From NCBI GenBank assembly GCA_943787175.1, contig CALSLK010000031.1, positions 5,120 to 69,119 of the forward strand: 64,000 bases of DNA, written 5' to 3'. Below, piece by piece: positions 8,722 to 19,375 of the stretch. The first letter of the stretch is position 1, and each line of letters opens with the position of its first letter. The position numbers and the translations under genes were made by a program. Source of the stretch: an uncultured Alphaproteobacteria bacterium. GTDB taxonomy: Bacteria; Pseudomonadota; Alphaproteobacteria; SP197. The notes under the pieces were generated by a model. It was not told the origin of the DNA. It saw only the letters and a program-made list of their open reading frames with translations, and ran no database searches.

Positions 8722-10182
8722 ATGTCTGATCTGAAACTGGCGTACATGTCCGCAACAGAGGCTCTGCGCCGCTACCGCGACAAGTCCCTGTCTCCGGTTG
8801 AAGCGACACAGGCAGCACTTGCGCGCATGGATGCGATTGAACCCAAAATCAACGCGTTCATGACCAGGGATCACGAGACCGCACTTGGCGAAGCTAATGC
8901 TTCCGAAGCGCGCTGGGCAAAGGGCGAACCTATTGGCCCGCTTGATGGGGTTTCGGTCACGATCAAGGACCTGATCCCCATGAAGGACCGGCCCCTGCGC
9001 AACGGGTCTGCGACCAGCAGTGATGCGCTGTGTGAGGTCGATGCCCCCAGCGTCGCACGCCTTCGCGAAGCCGGCTGTGTCTTTCTGGGCAAGACAACCA
9101 GCCCGGAATACGGCTGGAAGGGCATCACGGATGGCCCTCTGTTCGGCTTCACGCGCAACCCCTGGAACCTGGCACACAGCCCCGGTGGAAGCTCGGGCGG
9201 GGCTGCTGCGGCGCTGGCCGCGGGCATCGGCCATCTTGCACTGGGCAATGATGGTGGTGGCTCGGTGCGCATTCCGGTGAGCTATTCCGGACTCTACGGC
9301 CTCAAGCCGACCTTCGGTCGCGTGCCCGACCATCCCCGTGAAGGCATCTTCTGCATGACCTCGACCGAGGGGCCCATGACCCGGTGCGTCGCGGACGCGG
9401 CCCTGATGCTGAACGAACTTGCCAGACCCGATGCTCAGGATTGGTATGCCCTGCCCCAAGATGATCGCGACTGGCGCGATAGCCTTGAGGGCGGCGTCGC
9501 GGGTTTGCGCATTGCCTATGCACCCGGCCTGGGTGGTGCGCTGGTCGAGCCTGAAGTTCTGGAGCTGACAGACGCTGCCGCCAGAACCTTCGCCAATCTG
9601 GGTGCGCTCGTCGAGAACCCCGGACCTGTGTTCGAGCCGCTCGAAGAAGCCATGACTGCGCACTGGCTGGCAGGGTTTGCTGCCATCCTGCGCAGTATTC
9701 CTGCCGACAAACATGACCTGCTGGATCCGCGCTTCCGCGCAGTTGCCGAACGGGGCCTTGGTGTGACGGTGGCCGAACTCCAGGCCTCGATCGTCCACCG
9801 TGATCGCCTGGGCACTCTGATGAACCAGTTCCATCAGGACTGGGATCTGCTGCTGACCCCGACCCTGCCGACACCGGCGCCCCTGGTCGATACGCCCTAT
9901 CACAGTCAGGGCCTGCATCGCTGGAATCACGCCACACCGTTTACCGTACCGTTCAATCTCACGGGTCAGCCGGGCGCATCCATTCCCTGCGGCGTAACAT
10001 CTGGCGGATTGCCTGTGGGCCTGCAGATCGTCGCCGCCAAGTACCGCGATGACCTTGTGCTGCGCGCCAGCCAGGCGTTCGAGCAGACCATGCAGCCCGT
10101 CTGGCCTAACGAACTGGTCGAGACGTCACTGGCAGAGCCCGTTCCCACCGCTGCCGACCGCTATGGTGAGCCGGTCGCGTAA
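8722..10182 (+). CDS. Amidase (amidase-signature family)
   Basis: GVSVTIKD, PGGSSGGAAAA, GNDGGGSVRIP, GLKPTFGRVP. Confidence 0.93.
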   Translation: MSDLKLAYMSATEALRRYRDKSLSPVEATQAALARMDAIEPKINAFMTRDHETALGEANASEARWAKGEPIGPLDGVSVTIKDLIPMKDRPLRNGSATSSDALCEVDAPSVARLREAGCVFLGKTTSPEYGWKGITDGPLFGFTRNPWNLAHSPGGSSGGAAAALAAGIGHLALGNDGGGSVRIPVSYSGLYGLKPTFGRVPDHPREGIFCMTSTEGPMTRCVADAALMLNELARPDAQDWYALPQDDRDWRDSLEGGVAGLRIAYAPGLGGALVEPEVLELTDAAARTFANLGALVENPGPVFEPLEEAMTAHWLAGFAAILRSIPADKHDLLDPRFRAVAERGLGVTVAELQASIVHRDRLGTLMNQFHQDWDLLLTPTLPTPAPLVDTPYHSQGLHRWNHATPFTVPFNLTGQPGASIPCGVTSGGLPVGLQIVAAKYRDDLVLRASQAFEQTMQPVWPNELVETSLAEPVPTAADRYGEPVA

Positions 10183-10190
10183 CAAATCTC

Positions 10191-10231
10191 GTGTCATCCC
10201 GGCATTTCGCTTTGCTGCGGCCGGGGTGACA
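10191..10231. repeat. Short (internally deleted) copy of the GTGTCATCCCGG REP-like element
   Basis: GTGTCATCCCGGC...GCCGGGGTGACA hairpin between convergent genes. Confidence 0.65.
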
Positions 10232-10238
10232 GGTGTTC

Positions 10239-11447
10239 TCAGGATCGGATGATGTTCTTCTCAGGGCCGACCGGGAACCCGGTGATGTTGCGTGCGCCGT
10301 CTTCTGTTACCACCAGAATGTCGTGTTCGCGGTAACCGCCGGCGCCGGGTTTGCCATCGGGGATGGTGATCATCGGCTCGATGGAAATCACCATGTCGGG
10401 CTCCAGCACGGTTTCGATATCCTCGCGCAGTTCCAGACCGGCTTCGCGCCCGTAATAGTGGGATAGGATGCCGAAGCTGTGGCCATAGCCGAAGGTGCGT
10501 TTGTCGAGAACCTGGTAGCTCTCGTAGATGTCGTTGAGTTCCCGGGCGATATCGCAGCAGCGCGCGCCGGGTTTGATCAGCGTCAGGCCGTGGCGATAGA
10601 CCTCGCAGTTGATCTCCCAGTAACGCAGGTGCTCGTCGCTGGCATGTTCACAGAACATCGTGCGTTCCAGTGCGACGTAATACCCTGCGACCATCGGGAA
10701 GCAGTTCAGCGAAAGGATGTCGCCAGCCTGCATCTTTCGCGATGTGACCGGGTTGTGGGCCCCATCGGTGTTGAGGCCTGACTGAAACCAGACCCAGGTG
10801 TCGCGCAGTTCGCTGTCGGGGTGACGCCGTGCAATCTCGCGCACCATGGCATCGGTGCCCGCAATGGCGACTTCATGTTCTGGAACATCGTGACCGACCG
10901 CATCTGCACAAGCCTGGCCGCCAATGTCGGCGATGGCGGTGGCGCTTTCGATCAAGGCGATTTCCTCAGTCGATTTCACCATGCGCATGGCCATGGCCGC
11001 CGGCGCAATGTTGCCGAACTGGGCATCGGGCAGAGCGGCTTTCATCTTCTCAAGGTTCTCGACATTGATGTGGTCGAACTCCACGCCAACGCTTTTCGCG
11101 CCGCCGACAAGCTTCTGGACCGCCCGGAAGTAGTTGTCCCGGCGCCAGTCGGTATAGGTGAGGTTGTCACCACTGCGCCGTCCTGGCTGGCCATAGTCGA
11201 TGTTGGCGGCAACGGTGGTGGCACGGTCTTGCGTGACGACCAGCGCATAGGGGCGCCCGAACGAGCAATACAGGAAGTCGCTGTAGTAGTGGATGTTGTG
11301 CATGGAGCTGAACACGGCGGCATCAATGCTGTTTTCCGCCATATGCGCGCGCAGCTTGGTCAGGCGTGCGTTCATCTCGGCTGCCGAGAAGGTCGGGTTT
11401 ACGCGTTCACCGTTCTCGATGACCAGCATGTCCTTGAGATTGCTCAT
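10239..11447 (-). CDS. Creatinase (creatine amidinohydrolase, M24 fold)
   Basis: YYSDFLYCSFGRPY, YTDWRRDNY, DTWVWFQSGLNTDGAHNPVT, YYVALERT, GYGHSFGILSHYYGREAGLELRED, GAGGYREHD. Confidence 0.92.
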   Translation of the reverse strand: MSNLKDMLVIENGERVNPTFSAAEMNARLTKLRAHMAENSIDAAVFSSMHNIHYYSDFLYCSFGRPYALVVTQDRATTVAANIDYGQPGRRSGDNLTYTDWRRDNYFRAVQKLVGGAKSVGVEFDHINVENLEKMKAALPDAQFGNIAPAAMAMRMVKSTEEIALIESATAIADIGGQACADAVGHDVPEHEVAIAGTDAMVREIARRHPDSELRDTWVWFQSGLNTDGAHNPVTSRKMQAGDILSLNCFPMVAGYYVALERTMFCEHASDEHLRYWEINCEVYRHGLTLIKPGARCCDIARELNDIYESYQVLDKRTFGYGHSFGILSHYYGREAGLELREDIETVLEPDMVISIEPMITIPDGKPGAGGYREHDILVVTEDGARNITGFPVGPEKNIIRS

Positions 11448-11520
11448 GATGTCGTTCCTCAAAAGAAAGCCGCGGATCAGGAATGATCCGCGGCTGGAAG
11501 TTTTAAAAGTGCGGTTGTTG

Positions 11521-12348
11521 TCAGACGCGAATGCCGCGCAGGCGCTCGGTCCGGCGGCGCAGGAGCTCCATGACCACCATCAACAGGATAGAGGTCAGGA
11601 TCAGCAGCGTGGCAACGGCCATGATGGTCGGCGAAAGCAGTTCGCGAATGCCAGACCACATGCGCCTGGGCAGGGTGTGCTCTTCGGCACCTGCCAGGAA
11701 GATGGCGATGACCAGCTCGTCCCAGGAAGTGATGAAGGCAAACAGGCCGCCCGAAACGATACCGGGCAGGATAAGCGGCATCGTGATCTTGAAGAACGTA
11801 CGGACCGGGTTTGCGCCAAGGCTTGCGCCGGCACGCACCAGATTGTTGTCGAAACCCGCCAGCGTCGCTGAAACCGTGATGATCACGAAGGGAACGCCAA
11901 TGGTAGCATGGGCGAACACAAGGCCTGCCAGTGAACCGGTCAGGCCGACGCGTGAGTAGAAGTAGAACATGCCCGCCGCGGTAATCACGATCGGCACGAT
12001 GATCGGTGAGATCAGCACGCCCAGAATGGCGGCCTTGCCCGGGAATTCCGCGCGGTGCAGGCCCAGTGCGGCAAGGGTGCCCAGAATACTGGCCACGATC
12101 GTGGCAAAGATGCCCACGATGATGCTGTTCTTCAGGCCCAGCAGCCATTGGGGACTGTTGAAGAACTCTTCGTACCAGCGCAGCGAGAAACCGGGCATGG
12201 GATAGGTGAAGTAGGGCTCGGAATTGAAGCTGAGCGGGATGATCACCAGAATCGGAATGACCAGAAACGCAAAGATCAGAGTGCAGATGATGCGGAAGGA
12301 ATAGTACCAGGCCCGATCAAGCGGCGTTGCATAACTTGGAATGGCCAT
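11521..12348 (-). CDS. Polyamine-type ABC transporter permease (PotC-like)
   Basis: PGFSLRWY, EAA-like loop AGASLGANP, FAFITSWDE. Confidence 0.9.
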   Translation of the reverse strand: MAIPSYATPLDRAWYYSFRIICTLIFAFLVIPILVIIPLSFNSEPYFTYPMPGFSLRWYEEFFNSPQWLLGLKNSIIVGIFATIVASILGTLAALGLHRAEFPGKAAILGVLISPIIVPIVITAAGMFYFYSRVGLTGSLAGLVFAHATIGVPFVIITVSATLAGFDNNLVRAGASLGANPVRTFFKITMPLILPGIVSGGLFAFITSWDELVIAIFLAGAEEHTLPRRMWSGIRELLSPTIMAVATLLILTSILLMVVMELLRRRTERLRGIRV

Positions 12349-12350
12349 CT

Positions 12351-13613
12351 TCAGTTCACCTTCAGGTTGTCGATGCCGACAAAGCGGTTGTAGATGAAGA
12401 ACATCACCATGGTGATACCCAGCAGGATCAGCGAGAGCGCTGCACCCAATCCCCAGTTGGCGTTGCGGCCCATGTTCTGGACGATCCAGTAGCTGACCAT
12501 CTGATCATCGGGGCCGCCGACCAATGCCGGGGTGATGTAGTAACCAAGCGACAGAATGAAGACGAGCAGGGTGCCCGCACCCACACCGGGCATGCACTGG
12601 GGCATGTAGACCTTCAGGAAGGCCTTCCAGCCCGGGGCGCCAAGCGAGGCGGCAGCACGCATGTGCCAGGGATTGATGCTCTTCATGACAGAGAACATCG
12701 GCAGCACCATGAAAGGCAGCAGGATGTGCGTCATGGCGATATAGACGCCCAGTCGGTTTCGCACCAGTTCGAGCGGTTCGTTCCATAGCCCAATCCATAT
12801 GCCAAGATCGTTCACCAGGCCTTCGTTCTGCAACAGCACCAGCCATGAGGTGGTTCGCACAAGCAGTGATGTCCAGAACGGTAGCAGCACCAGAATCAGA
12901 AGTAGGTTGCTCTTGGCCGTGGGCAGGGTCGCCAGCAGGTAGGCAACCGGCAGGCCCATGATGAAACAGAGGATGGTAACGGCAACGCTGATCTCGATCG
13001 TGCGGATCAGCACTTCGACATAAACGGCCCGGCCCTCGTCGACGCTGACAATCTCGCGACTCTCGCCATCGCGTTTGAGATCCAGTGCCCAGAGCACGTA
13101 GTAGTCGGAATAGGGCGAAGACGCGTTCTTGACGGCGCGCCAATAAGCCTGGTCTTCCCAATCCTTGTCGATGTCGATGTAACCCTGAAGGATCTCATCT
13201 GCAGGCAGCAGCGCCAGATCGTCTGCGGCGCGCGCAGTAGCCTTCAGCATCGATTTGAAGCCGGAGATTTCATAATTGAGGCGCTTGGAAACACGTCCGA
13301 ACTCGCCACGGCTTGCGGCAGCCAGTTCTTCGGCAAAAATGATCATGCTCTCGGTCGAGGGATAATCCTTGCCATCCCATTCGCTGAAAGCTTCGGCTGT
13401 GCGTGGCAGGGCGTCGGGGATTTCAGGGTCTTCCACCGACAAGGTCATCAGTGAGATGATCGGGATAATGAAGCCACCGACAATGAAGATGAACAGTGGT
13501 GCGATCAGACCCAGCGCCCAGATCTTGCGCATGCGTTCGGCACGACGAAGCTTGGTTTTGAGAGGCACGCCATCGGCGGCTATCATCACGTCCGTTTCAG
13601 CGGTCGATGCCAT
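12351..13613 (-). CDS. Polyamine-type ABC transporter permease (PotB-like, with large periplasmic insertion)
   Basis: LLPFWTSLLVRT, HILLPFMVLP, AAASLGA, GYYITPALVGG. Confidence 0.9.
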   Translation of the reverse strand: MASTAETDVMIAADGVPLKTKLRRAERMRKIWALGLIAPLFIFIVGGFIIPIISLMTLSVEDPEIPDALPRTAEAFSEWDGKDYPSTESMIIFAEELAAASRGEFGRVSKRLNYEISGFKSMLKATARAADDLALLPADEILQGYIDIDKDWEDQAYWRAVKNASSPYSDYYVLWALDLKRDGESREIVSVDEGRAVYVEVLIRTIEISVAVTILCFIMGLPVAYLLATLPTAKSNLLLILVLLPFWTSLLVRTTSWLVLLQNEGLVNDLGIWIGLWNEPLELVRNRLGVYIAMTHILLPFMVLPMFSVMKSINPWHMRAAASLGAPGWKAFLKVYMPQCMPGVGAGTLLVFILSLGYYITPALVGGPDDQMVSYWIVQNMGRNANWGLGAALSLILLGITMVMFFIYNRFVGIDNLKVN

Positions 13614-13645
13614 GGTGTTGTGCCCCGTCGTCAAAATTCAATAAG

Positions 13646-13693
13646 TCAAAATTCAAAAAGAAACGGGAGGCCCGGAAAAACCGAGCCTCCCGT
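13646..13693 (-). terminator. Intrinsic terminator/mRNA-stabilising hairpin after the substrate-binding protein gene
   Basis: ACGGGAGGC...GCCTCCCGT stem (13663-13693) followed on the minus strand by TTCTTTTTG. Confidence 0.7.
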
Positions 13694-13706
13694 CCTAGAC
13701 GTCAGA

Positions 13707-14783
13707 TTACTGCGAACGCCAGACCTGGAAGCGCTCACCGAGCTCTTCCGTGCGGTCAGCCCACCACAGCGTGTCGGACCAGACCGCATTGGTCAGGTTC
13801 GCAGGTGCTGTCGGCAGATGCTGCAGGATATCCGGGTTGATCAGCTCAGAAGCCGCATAGGTCGTGGGACCGTACGAGATGTACTGCGACTGACGGGCCA
13901 TCACTTCAGGACGGCTTGCGTACTCAATGAACTTCATACCCAGATCGTAATCGGGGTGACCCATGGGGATCATCCAGATGTCATAATCGATGACCTGACC
14001 ATCCCAGACGATCACGAAGGACTGGCCTTCGTTGACGATGGCGTTGTAGATGCGGCCGTTCCATGCGGTCGTCATCACAACTTCGCCGTCAGACAGGAGC
14101 TGGGGAGCCATGGCGCCCGAATCCCACCAGACAACTTCGTCCTTGATCGAGTCCATCTTGGCGAAGGCACGATCAAGAGCCTCGTCTTCGTTTTCATTGA
14201 GGTAGGTGTAAACGTCGGCCGGAGCAACTCCGTCGGCGATCAGAGCGAACTCAATGTTCACGACAGGCGAGTTGGCATAGAGCCCACGCTTGCCGGGGAA
14301 CTTTTCGAGGTCGTAGAAGTCAGCCAGCGTTGTAGGAACCGCGCCGCCCGGGAACTCATGCTCACCGTCGTAGGCGAAGATGGTTGCCCAAGCAATTGTG
14401 CCAACGGTGCAGTCACTGGTTGAGCCGGGCAGGAAGCGATCCGTGCCGCCCAGCATGTCCCAATCGAGCTCGGCAACAAGGCCTTCATCACAGGCAGCCA
14501 GACCGGTGCCGGTCTCGGCATCGATGACGGTCCACTTGTAATCGCCGGTTTCGACCTGCACGCGAATTTCAGAGAGGGTCCCGCCCCACTCGTCTTCCAG
14601 CACAGTCATGTCGATTTCCTTGGCTGCGGGCTTGTAATAAGCCTCGCGCTGACTGGCGGAATAAGCGCCGCCCCAGCTTGCCGCAGTAATCGTGTCTTCA
14701 GCCTGGGCCGGCGAAACCGCCGTCAGACCGATCAGCGCCACGCCCGAGAGGGCCGCCGCTGAAACGCTCAGAATTCCCTTCAT
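13707..14783 (-). CDS. ABC transporter substrate-binding protein (PotD/PotF superfamily)
   Basis: Signal peptide; ASWGGAYSASQ, DLEKFPGKRGL, TTAWNGR. Confidence 0.9.
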   Translation of the reverse strand: MKGILSVSAAALSGVALIGLTAVSPAQAEDTITAASWGGAYSASQREAYYKPAAKEIDMTVLEDEWGGTLSEIRVQVETGDYKWTVIDAETGTGLAACDEGLVAELDWDMLGGTDRFLPGSTSDCTVGTIAWATIFAYDGEHEFPGGAVPTTLADFYDLEKFPGKRGLYANSPVVNIEFALIADGVAPADVYTYLNENEDEALDRAFAKMDSIKDEVVWWDSGAMAPQLLSDGEVVMTTAWNGRIYNAIVNEGQSFVIVWDGQVIDYDIWMIPMGHPDYDLGMKFIEYASRPEVMARQSQYISYGPTTYAASELINPDILQHLPTAPANLTNAVWSDTLWWADRTEELGERFQVWRSQ

Positions 14784-14903
14784 GTAATCGTCTCCCTGTG
14801 AAGGTTGGTGTTTTTGTACGGACTACGGCATTAAGTCTGCCGCGCCTTTGTCGACCGCACAAGTCTGTTGCCGCTATGTGGCGGCAATGTGGTCACCACA
14901 TTT

Positions 14904-16025
14904 TCAGGCGGCGTCCAACGCCCGGCAATCCTGCGAATGCCAGCCGATCTTGATATCCTGTCCCACATCAAAGCTGCGCCCGCCCGATCCGCGCGGCATC
15001 TTGATGACGAAATCGTCATTGCCACAGGTCTCCACACGCACACGTGTGTGGTCGCCCATATAGATGAGCTCGCGCACCGTTGCAGTGTGGATGTCGTCGC
15101 AGGTGTTGTCTGCGCCGGGCTCAACCGTGATGACTTCCGGACGCAGGGAAAGGACGGATTTTTCTCCAACGCCGCCGATGTTGACCGGCAGTGCCTTGAT
15201 CATCTCACCCGATTCGAGCTCGACCGTACAACGGTCGCCCGAAACGTCCTTGACCGTTCCGATAAGCTTGTTGTTCTCACCGATAAACTCGGCAACGAAC
15301 GCATTTTTTGGCTTCTCGTATAGGGTTTCCGGGTCATCCAGCTGCTGAATGATGCCGTCGTTGAAGACTGCAATCCGGTTTGACATCGTCAGGGCTTCGC
15401 TCTGGTCATGGGTCACGTAGACGAAGGTCAGGCCGATGTTCTCGTGAATATGCTTCATCTCGATCTGCATCTGCTCGCGCAGCTGCTTGTCGAGGGCGCC
15501 CAGAGGCTCGTCCATCAGAACGATCTGGGGCTGGAACACCAGGGCGCGCGCCAGCGCAACGCGCTGCTGCTGGCCACCGGAAAGCTGTCCGGGGCGGCGG
15601 CGCTCGAAACCGGTCAGTTCGACCATGGCCATCGCATCGGCGATCTTGGCTTCCTGCTCGGACTTGTCGACACCGTGGCACTGCAACGGGAACGCCAGGT
15701 TCTCGTGCACCGTCATGTGCGGGAACAGCGCATAATTCTGGAACACCATGCCGATGTTGCGCTTGTGCGGTGGCACCGACTTGAGTGATTGGCCGTCCAG
15801 CGTGATGTCACCGTGGGTGGCCGATTCGAATCCGGCCAGCATCATCAGGGTGGTGGTCTTTCCCGAACCCGACGGACCCAGCAGCGTCAGAAACTCGCCG
15901 CGCTCGACATCAAGGTTGAGATCCTTGACGACGAGAATCTCGCCGTCATAGGTCTTTTGCACATTTTCAAATCGGACCAGCGGCTCATTCGCGCCGGCAC
16001 CTCTGTTGTGGCCTGAATCGGTCAT
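14904..16025 (-). CDS. ABC transporter ATP-binding protein (PotA-like)
   Basis: Walker [10 protein letters not shown], signature [32 protein letters not shown]. Confidence 0.95.
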   Translation of the reverse strand: MTDSGHNRGAGANEPLVRFENVQKTYDGEILVVKDLNLDVERGEFLTLLGPSGSGKTTTLMMLAGFESATHGDITLDGQSLKSVPPHKRNIGMVFQNYALFPHMTVHENLAFPLQCHGVDKSEQEAKIADAMAMVELTGFERRRPGQLSGGQQQRVALARALVFQPQIVLMDEPLGALDKQLREQMQIEMKHIHENIGLTFVYVTHDQSEALTMSNRIAVFNDGIIQQLDDPETLYEKPKNAFVAEFIGENNKLIGTVKDVSGDRCTVELESGEMIKALPVNIGGVGEKSVLSLRPEVITVEPGADNTCDDIHTATVRELIYMGDHTRVRVETCGNDDFVIKMPRGSGGRSFDVGQDIKIGWHSQDCRALDAA

Positions 16026-16269
16026 TTGTCTTGTTTTTCCCGCCCGTTGCCTCTTATGGATTCGATCGCAGCCTTTGCGGCTTTTCTATCGAACGCGCCA
16101 AAGAAGTGCATTTGCACGGCCCGGCTGTCAACATGTGTGCATCGCATCGGGCCCTTTTTTTGCCATCTTCTGTCATCAAATGACCCATGTGCGAATGCAA
16201 CACTATAATGACTCGCCCGTTTGTGGCGGGCGCAACGTGTTTTCCATGGTTATGGCGGTCCAGAATCAG

Positions 16270-17568
16270 ATGCAGCTACTCTCAAACCGAATCGGCAGGC
16301 TGTTGGCACTGTCCCTTGTCGGGATTCTTGCGCCGCGCATGCTGCATGCTGAACTACCCGCATTGCCGATGAGCAACGATGCGGTGATCGACGTCGTGGC
16401 AGAACATGGCCTTCTGTTCGAAAGCGAGTTCGAGGCTCTTGATGACCCCTATGTCGGGCCCCTGATCGTCGGGCGCGCGCAGGATCGCGAGACTCCGGCC
16501 AGTGCAGTCAGCGTGATCCTCTATCAGGGAGAAAGTGGCCCCAATCAGGTCCGAATCGTTCTAACGGGCCCCTGGAGCGATCTGCCCGAACGCATAGAGA
16601 TGGCTGCTGACATCGTTGATCTGGCCATCGCGGTGCCGCCCGTTTACGGAGCGCTACCTAACGATCCAACCCTTGCGGGGATGAGCCAGACGGCACGCTG
16701 GTTATACGGTCTTATGACGGAATCGTGGCTTGGTTGGCCCGGATCCGACCAGCGACTGGTTCGTGTTCGTGACGGGGGGGCGGTGATTGTCGAAGGTGTC
16801 CCGCCCGAAATCTGGGGTATCACCCTGGTAATGGACGAAGGCCAGCCGGATCAGACCTGGCCTGGCGCTTTTTACGAACTCGATTCACCTGGCGTCACGG
16901 CTGGTCGTGCGTTGATCCGGGCTGGCGAGTATCAGCAGGCCTATGACGTCTTGTTGCCTCTCGCCGAAGCCGAGGATCCCCAGGCTGCTACCCTGATGGG
17001 TGATATGTATCGTTATGGCCGCCTGGATTACCCCTCCATGGAACGTGCGGCGGACTGGTATCTAATCGGCGGGCGTTTCCGCTATCCCCCGGCCGTCTGG
17101 GCACTGGCATCCATGGGCAATGAAGGCTGGGGCGTTTTTTTTGTCAGCAACTTTAAGGCGCCGTTGATTGTTCAAGCTGCTGAAACCGGTTCGGCCGACG
17201 CCCTTTATTTGCTGTCTGGAACCAATGCCAGCGTGAACTATGTCCGGCCCCAGGGCGTGACGTCTTTTGAACAGGCTCTGACCTCAGCACAATGGGGGCT
17301 TCTTGGTGCCCAGCAGGATATCGCCCTGCGTTATGCCACGGCCGACGGGGTCGAAGGCGATGCCGTTGAAGCCTATGCCTGGGCTCTGGCGGCGTTGGCA
17401 AACACGGGCCCCGGCCTTGATGACATCCGCTCGCACCAGCTTGTCGCGGACCTGCGCAAGGGTCTGACCGATGACGAGATCGCAGCAGCAGAACTGCGCG
17501 CCGGGGAACTGGTCACCGGCCCGCCCCAATGGCCCGAGGAAGTCGACGGCAACATCGTCAAGGACTGA
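16270..17568 (+). CDS. Secreted protein with C-terminal Sel1-like repeats
   Basis: Signal peptide (RLLALSLVGILAPRMLHA); LLPLAEAEDPQAATLMGDMY, YATADGVEGDAVEAYAW. Start uncertain. Confidence 0.65.
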   Translation: MQLLSNRIGRLLALSLVGILAPRMLHAELPALPMSNDAVIDVVAEHGLLFESEFEALDDPYVGPLIVGRAQDRETPASAVSVILYQGESGPNQVRIVLTGPWSDLPERIEMAADIVDLAIAVPPVYGALPNDPTLAGMSQTARWLYGLMTESWLGWPGSDQRLVRVRDGGAVIVEGVPPEIWGITLVMDEGQPDQTWPGAFYELDSPGVTAGRALIRAGEYQQAYDVLLPLAEAEDPQAATLMGDMYRYGRLDYPSMERAADWYLIGGRFRYPPAVWALASMGNEGWGVFFVSNFKAPLIVQAAETGSADALYLLSGTNASVNYVRPQGVTSFEQALTSAQWGLLGAQQDIALRYATADGVEGDAVEAYAWALAALANTGPGLDDIRSHQLVADLRKGLTDDEIAAAELRAGELVTGPPQWPEEVDGNIVKD

Positions 17569-18025
17569 GTGCCCTGAGTCCTTCTACATAGTCTGCGGGC
17601 AGGCCATGCTCGATGGCTCCCTCGATCATCAGGCCCAGATAGACCGGTGATGGCGGGAAGGGCCCGCCCGGTCGCGCCACGCGGTAGAGGTCTGCGCTGT
17701 GCCATGCCTGATCGGCACCCAGCACGCGGAAGGTTTCGCGCCGGTAGAGTCCCTCGTTGACGTTTTCCAGCTCGTCCATGGCTTCGATCTCGGCGCGTTT
17801 GATCGCGTAAAGCGCGCCATGCACCAATCCGCCGGGTGTCTCGATGATGGTCGAGATGCCGCCCTTCATGTTGGTCGAATAGCGGCGGAACGCAATGCTG
17901 TAGTTCGGAAGGGCAGCATGCATCACGGTGCGCGCAGACGGACACTCATCGTGGACGTAACGGATGGCCAGATTCGAGCCATAGGCAAAGTTGAGAAGTT
18001 CGTCAGGCGCAAGGTCCAGAGCCAT
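17558..18025 (-). CDS. Gamma-glutamylcyclotransferase family protein
   Basis: NFAYGSNL, VHGALY, MDELE, YLGLMIEGAIEHGLPADY. Confidence 0.85.
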   Translation of the reverse strand: MALDLAPDELLNFAYGSNLAIRYVHDECPSARTVMHAALPNYSIAFRRYSTNMKGGISTIIETPGGLVHGALYAIKRAEIEAMDELENVNEGLYRRETFRVLGADQAWHSADLYRVARPGGPFPPSPVYLGLMIEGAIEHGLPADYVEGLRALSP

Positions 18026-18041
18026 CGATGGTGATCCTGTT

Positions 18042-19220
18042 CTAGAGGTCGCAGATGTGGAGTTCGCGCGGGGCGTCGGTCAGGGCTTGGCAGCCGTTTT
18101 CGGTGACCAGGACGGTTTCGCTGAAGCCCATGTTCCCCGTGCCCCGGAAACCTGCCATGGGAACAAGATGAAACACCTCGCCCGCTTCAAGCGGACGTTC
18201 GTTGCCCTCAGCAATATCGTCAACCAGCCCTTCGCCCCAGCCCGGTGCAAAGGCGACACCCAGTGAGTAACCCGCCCGGTGGCGGAACTCCTCACCCATG
18301 CCGCCTTTCTTCATGATGGTCCGTCCTGCCCGGTCGACATCCTGGGGTGTGACCCCGGGCCGTATCGTTCCCAGCATCGCTTCCAGTGCCTCGATCGACG
18401 TGGCGGCACGATGTGCTGCCTCGTTGCCGGGTTTGCCCACGCTGGCCATGCGCATCAGGGAGCCGGAGTAACGTTTGTAGCAGCCGCCAACCTCGAAATA
18501 GACCGTGTGGCCCGGCTCGATCACGGCACGTTCAGGCAGCATGTGCGTCACGGCCGAACGCGGGCCCGTCACCACATAAGGGCCGCCAGCGGGGTGTTCG
18601 CCGCCTTCATGCATCAGCGCCTGATAGATGTCGCCGGCGACCTGGTTTTCGGTTTTGCCGGGCACCACGGCTTCCAGCCCGGCCCTCATGCCTACCGAAG
18701 CAATGCGGGCGGCTTCGCGGATCGCGTCGATTTCAGCAGCTGACTTGATGCGCCTGGCATTCTCCAGCACGTGACCGGCCGGCATGGTCGCACCGCGGCC
18801 CCATGTTGCCCGCACGGCATCCAGAATCCGTGGCGGCAGCCAGAAACCGCGCTCCTCGTAACCGATCTGTTTGCAGTCTGCGCCCGTGGCCTCCAGACCC
18901 TGCAGGGTGATGGCCACTTCGTCTTCGCCCATGAAGACGGTCAGCCCCGTCTTGATCCAGGAAAGTGCGCGCACGCATTCATGTTCCAGTCTCGAAGTCA
19001 CGAACTGCGGCGTGCCTTCCAGCGGCAACAGAAAGATCTGATAAACATAGTATCCGGTCGTGCGGTAACCCGTCAGCCAGTAGATGTTCTCCGGGCTCGT
19101 GACCATCAGCAGATCCAGCCCGGCCTCGGCCATGGCGGCTTTCACCCGCTTCATCCGGTCGTGGTATTCGCCGATCTCGAACGGCAGACCAAACGGAAGG
19201 TCGTTGTCCCAATCCTGCAC
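18042..19220 (-). CDS. M24-fold hydrolase, ectoine hydrolase DoeA/EutD-like
   Basis: PENIYWLTGY, RRIKSAAEI, FEVGGCYKRY, RAGYSLG.AF.PGWGE, SETVLVTENG. GTG start with AGGAG RBS. Confidence 0.8.
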   Translation of the reverse strand: MQDWDNDLPFGLPFEIGEYHDRMKRVKAAMAEAGLDLLMVTSPENIYWLTGYRTTGYYVYQIFLLPLEGTPQFVTSRLEHECVRALSWIKTGLTVFMGEDEVAITLQGLEATGADCKQIGYEERGFWLPPRILDAVRATWGRGATMPAGHVLENARRIKSAAEIDAIREAARIASVGMRAGLEAVVPGKTENQVAGDIYQALMHEGGEHPAGGPYVVTGPRSAVTHMLPERAVIEPGHTVYFEVGGCYKRYSGSLMRMASVGKPGNEAAHRAATSIEALEAMLGTIRPGVTPQDVDRAGRTIMKKGGMGEEFRHRAGYSLGVAFAPGWGEGLVDDIAEGNERPLEAGEVFHLVPMAGFRGTGNMGFSETVLVTENGCQALTDAPRELHICDL

Positions 19221-19375
19221 CAGACTTTCTCCTGTTTCGTTGCACGACCAGTCTAACCCGAACTTCCGTTCCTACCCCATTTGATCGCAGGGATGAGGGA
19301 ATCTCATTTCCCGAATTGGGCAAAGTCGGTCATAATACAAGCATTCTCAACGGTTATAGCGTGATGGAGGCTGTG

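Noticed and set aside
16150-16170. Sigma-54 promoter for the ABC operon (TGGC-A7-GGGC on the minus strand)
   Set aside because: GG-N10-GC spacing fits, but the conserved CACG and TTGC context is absent; too weak to call.
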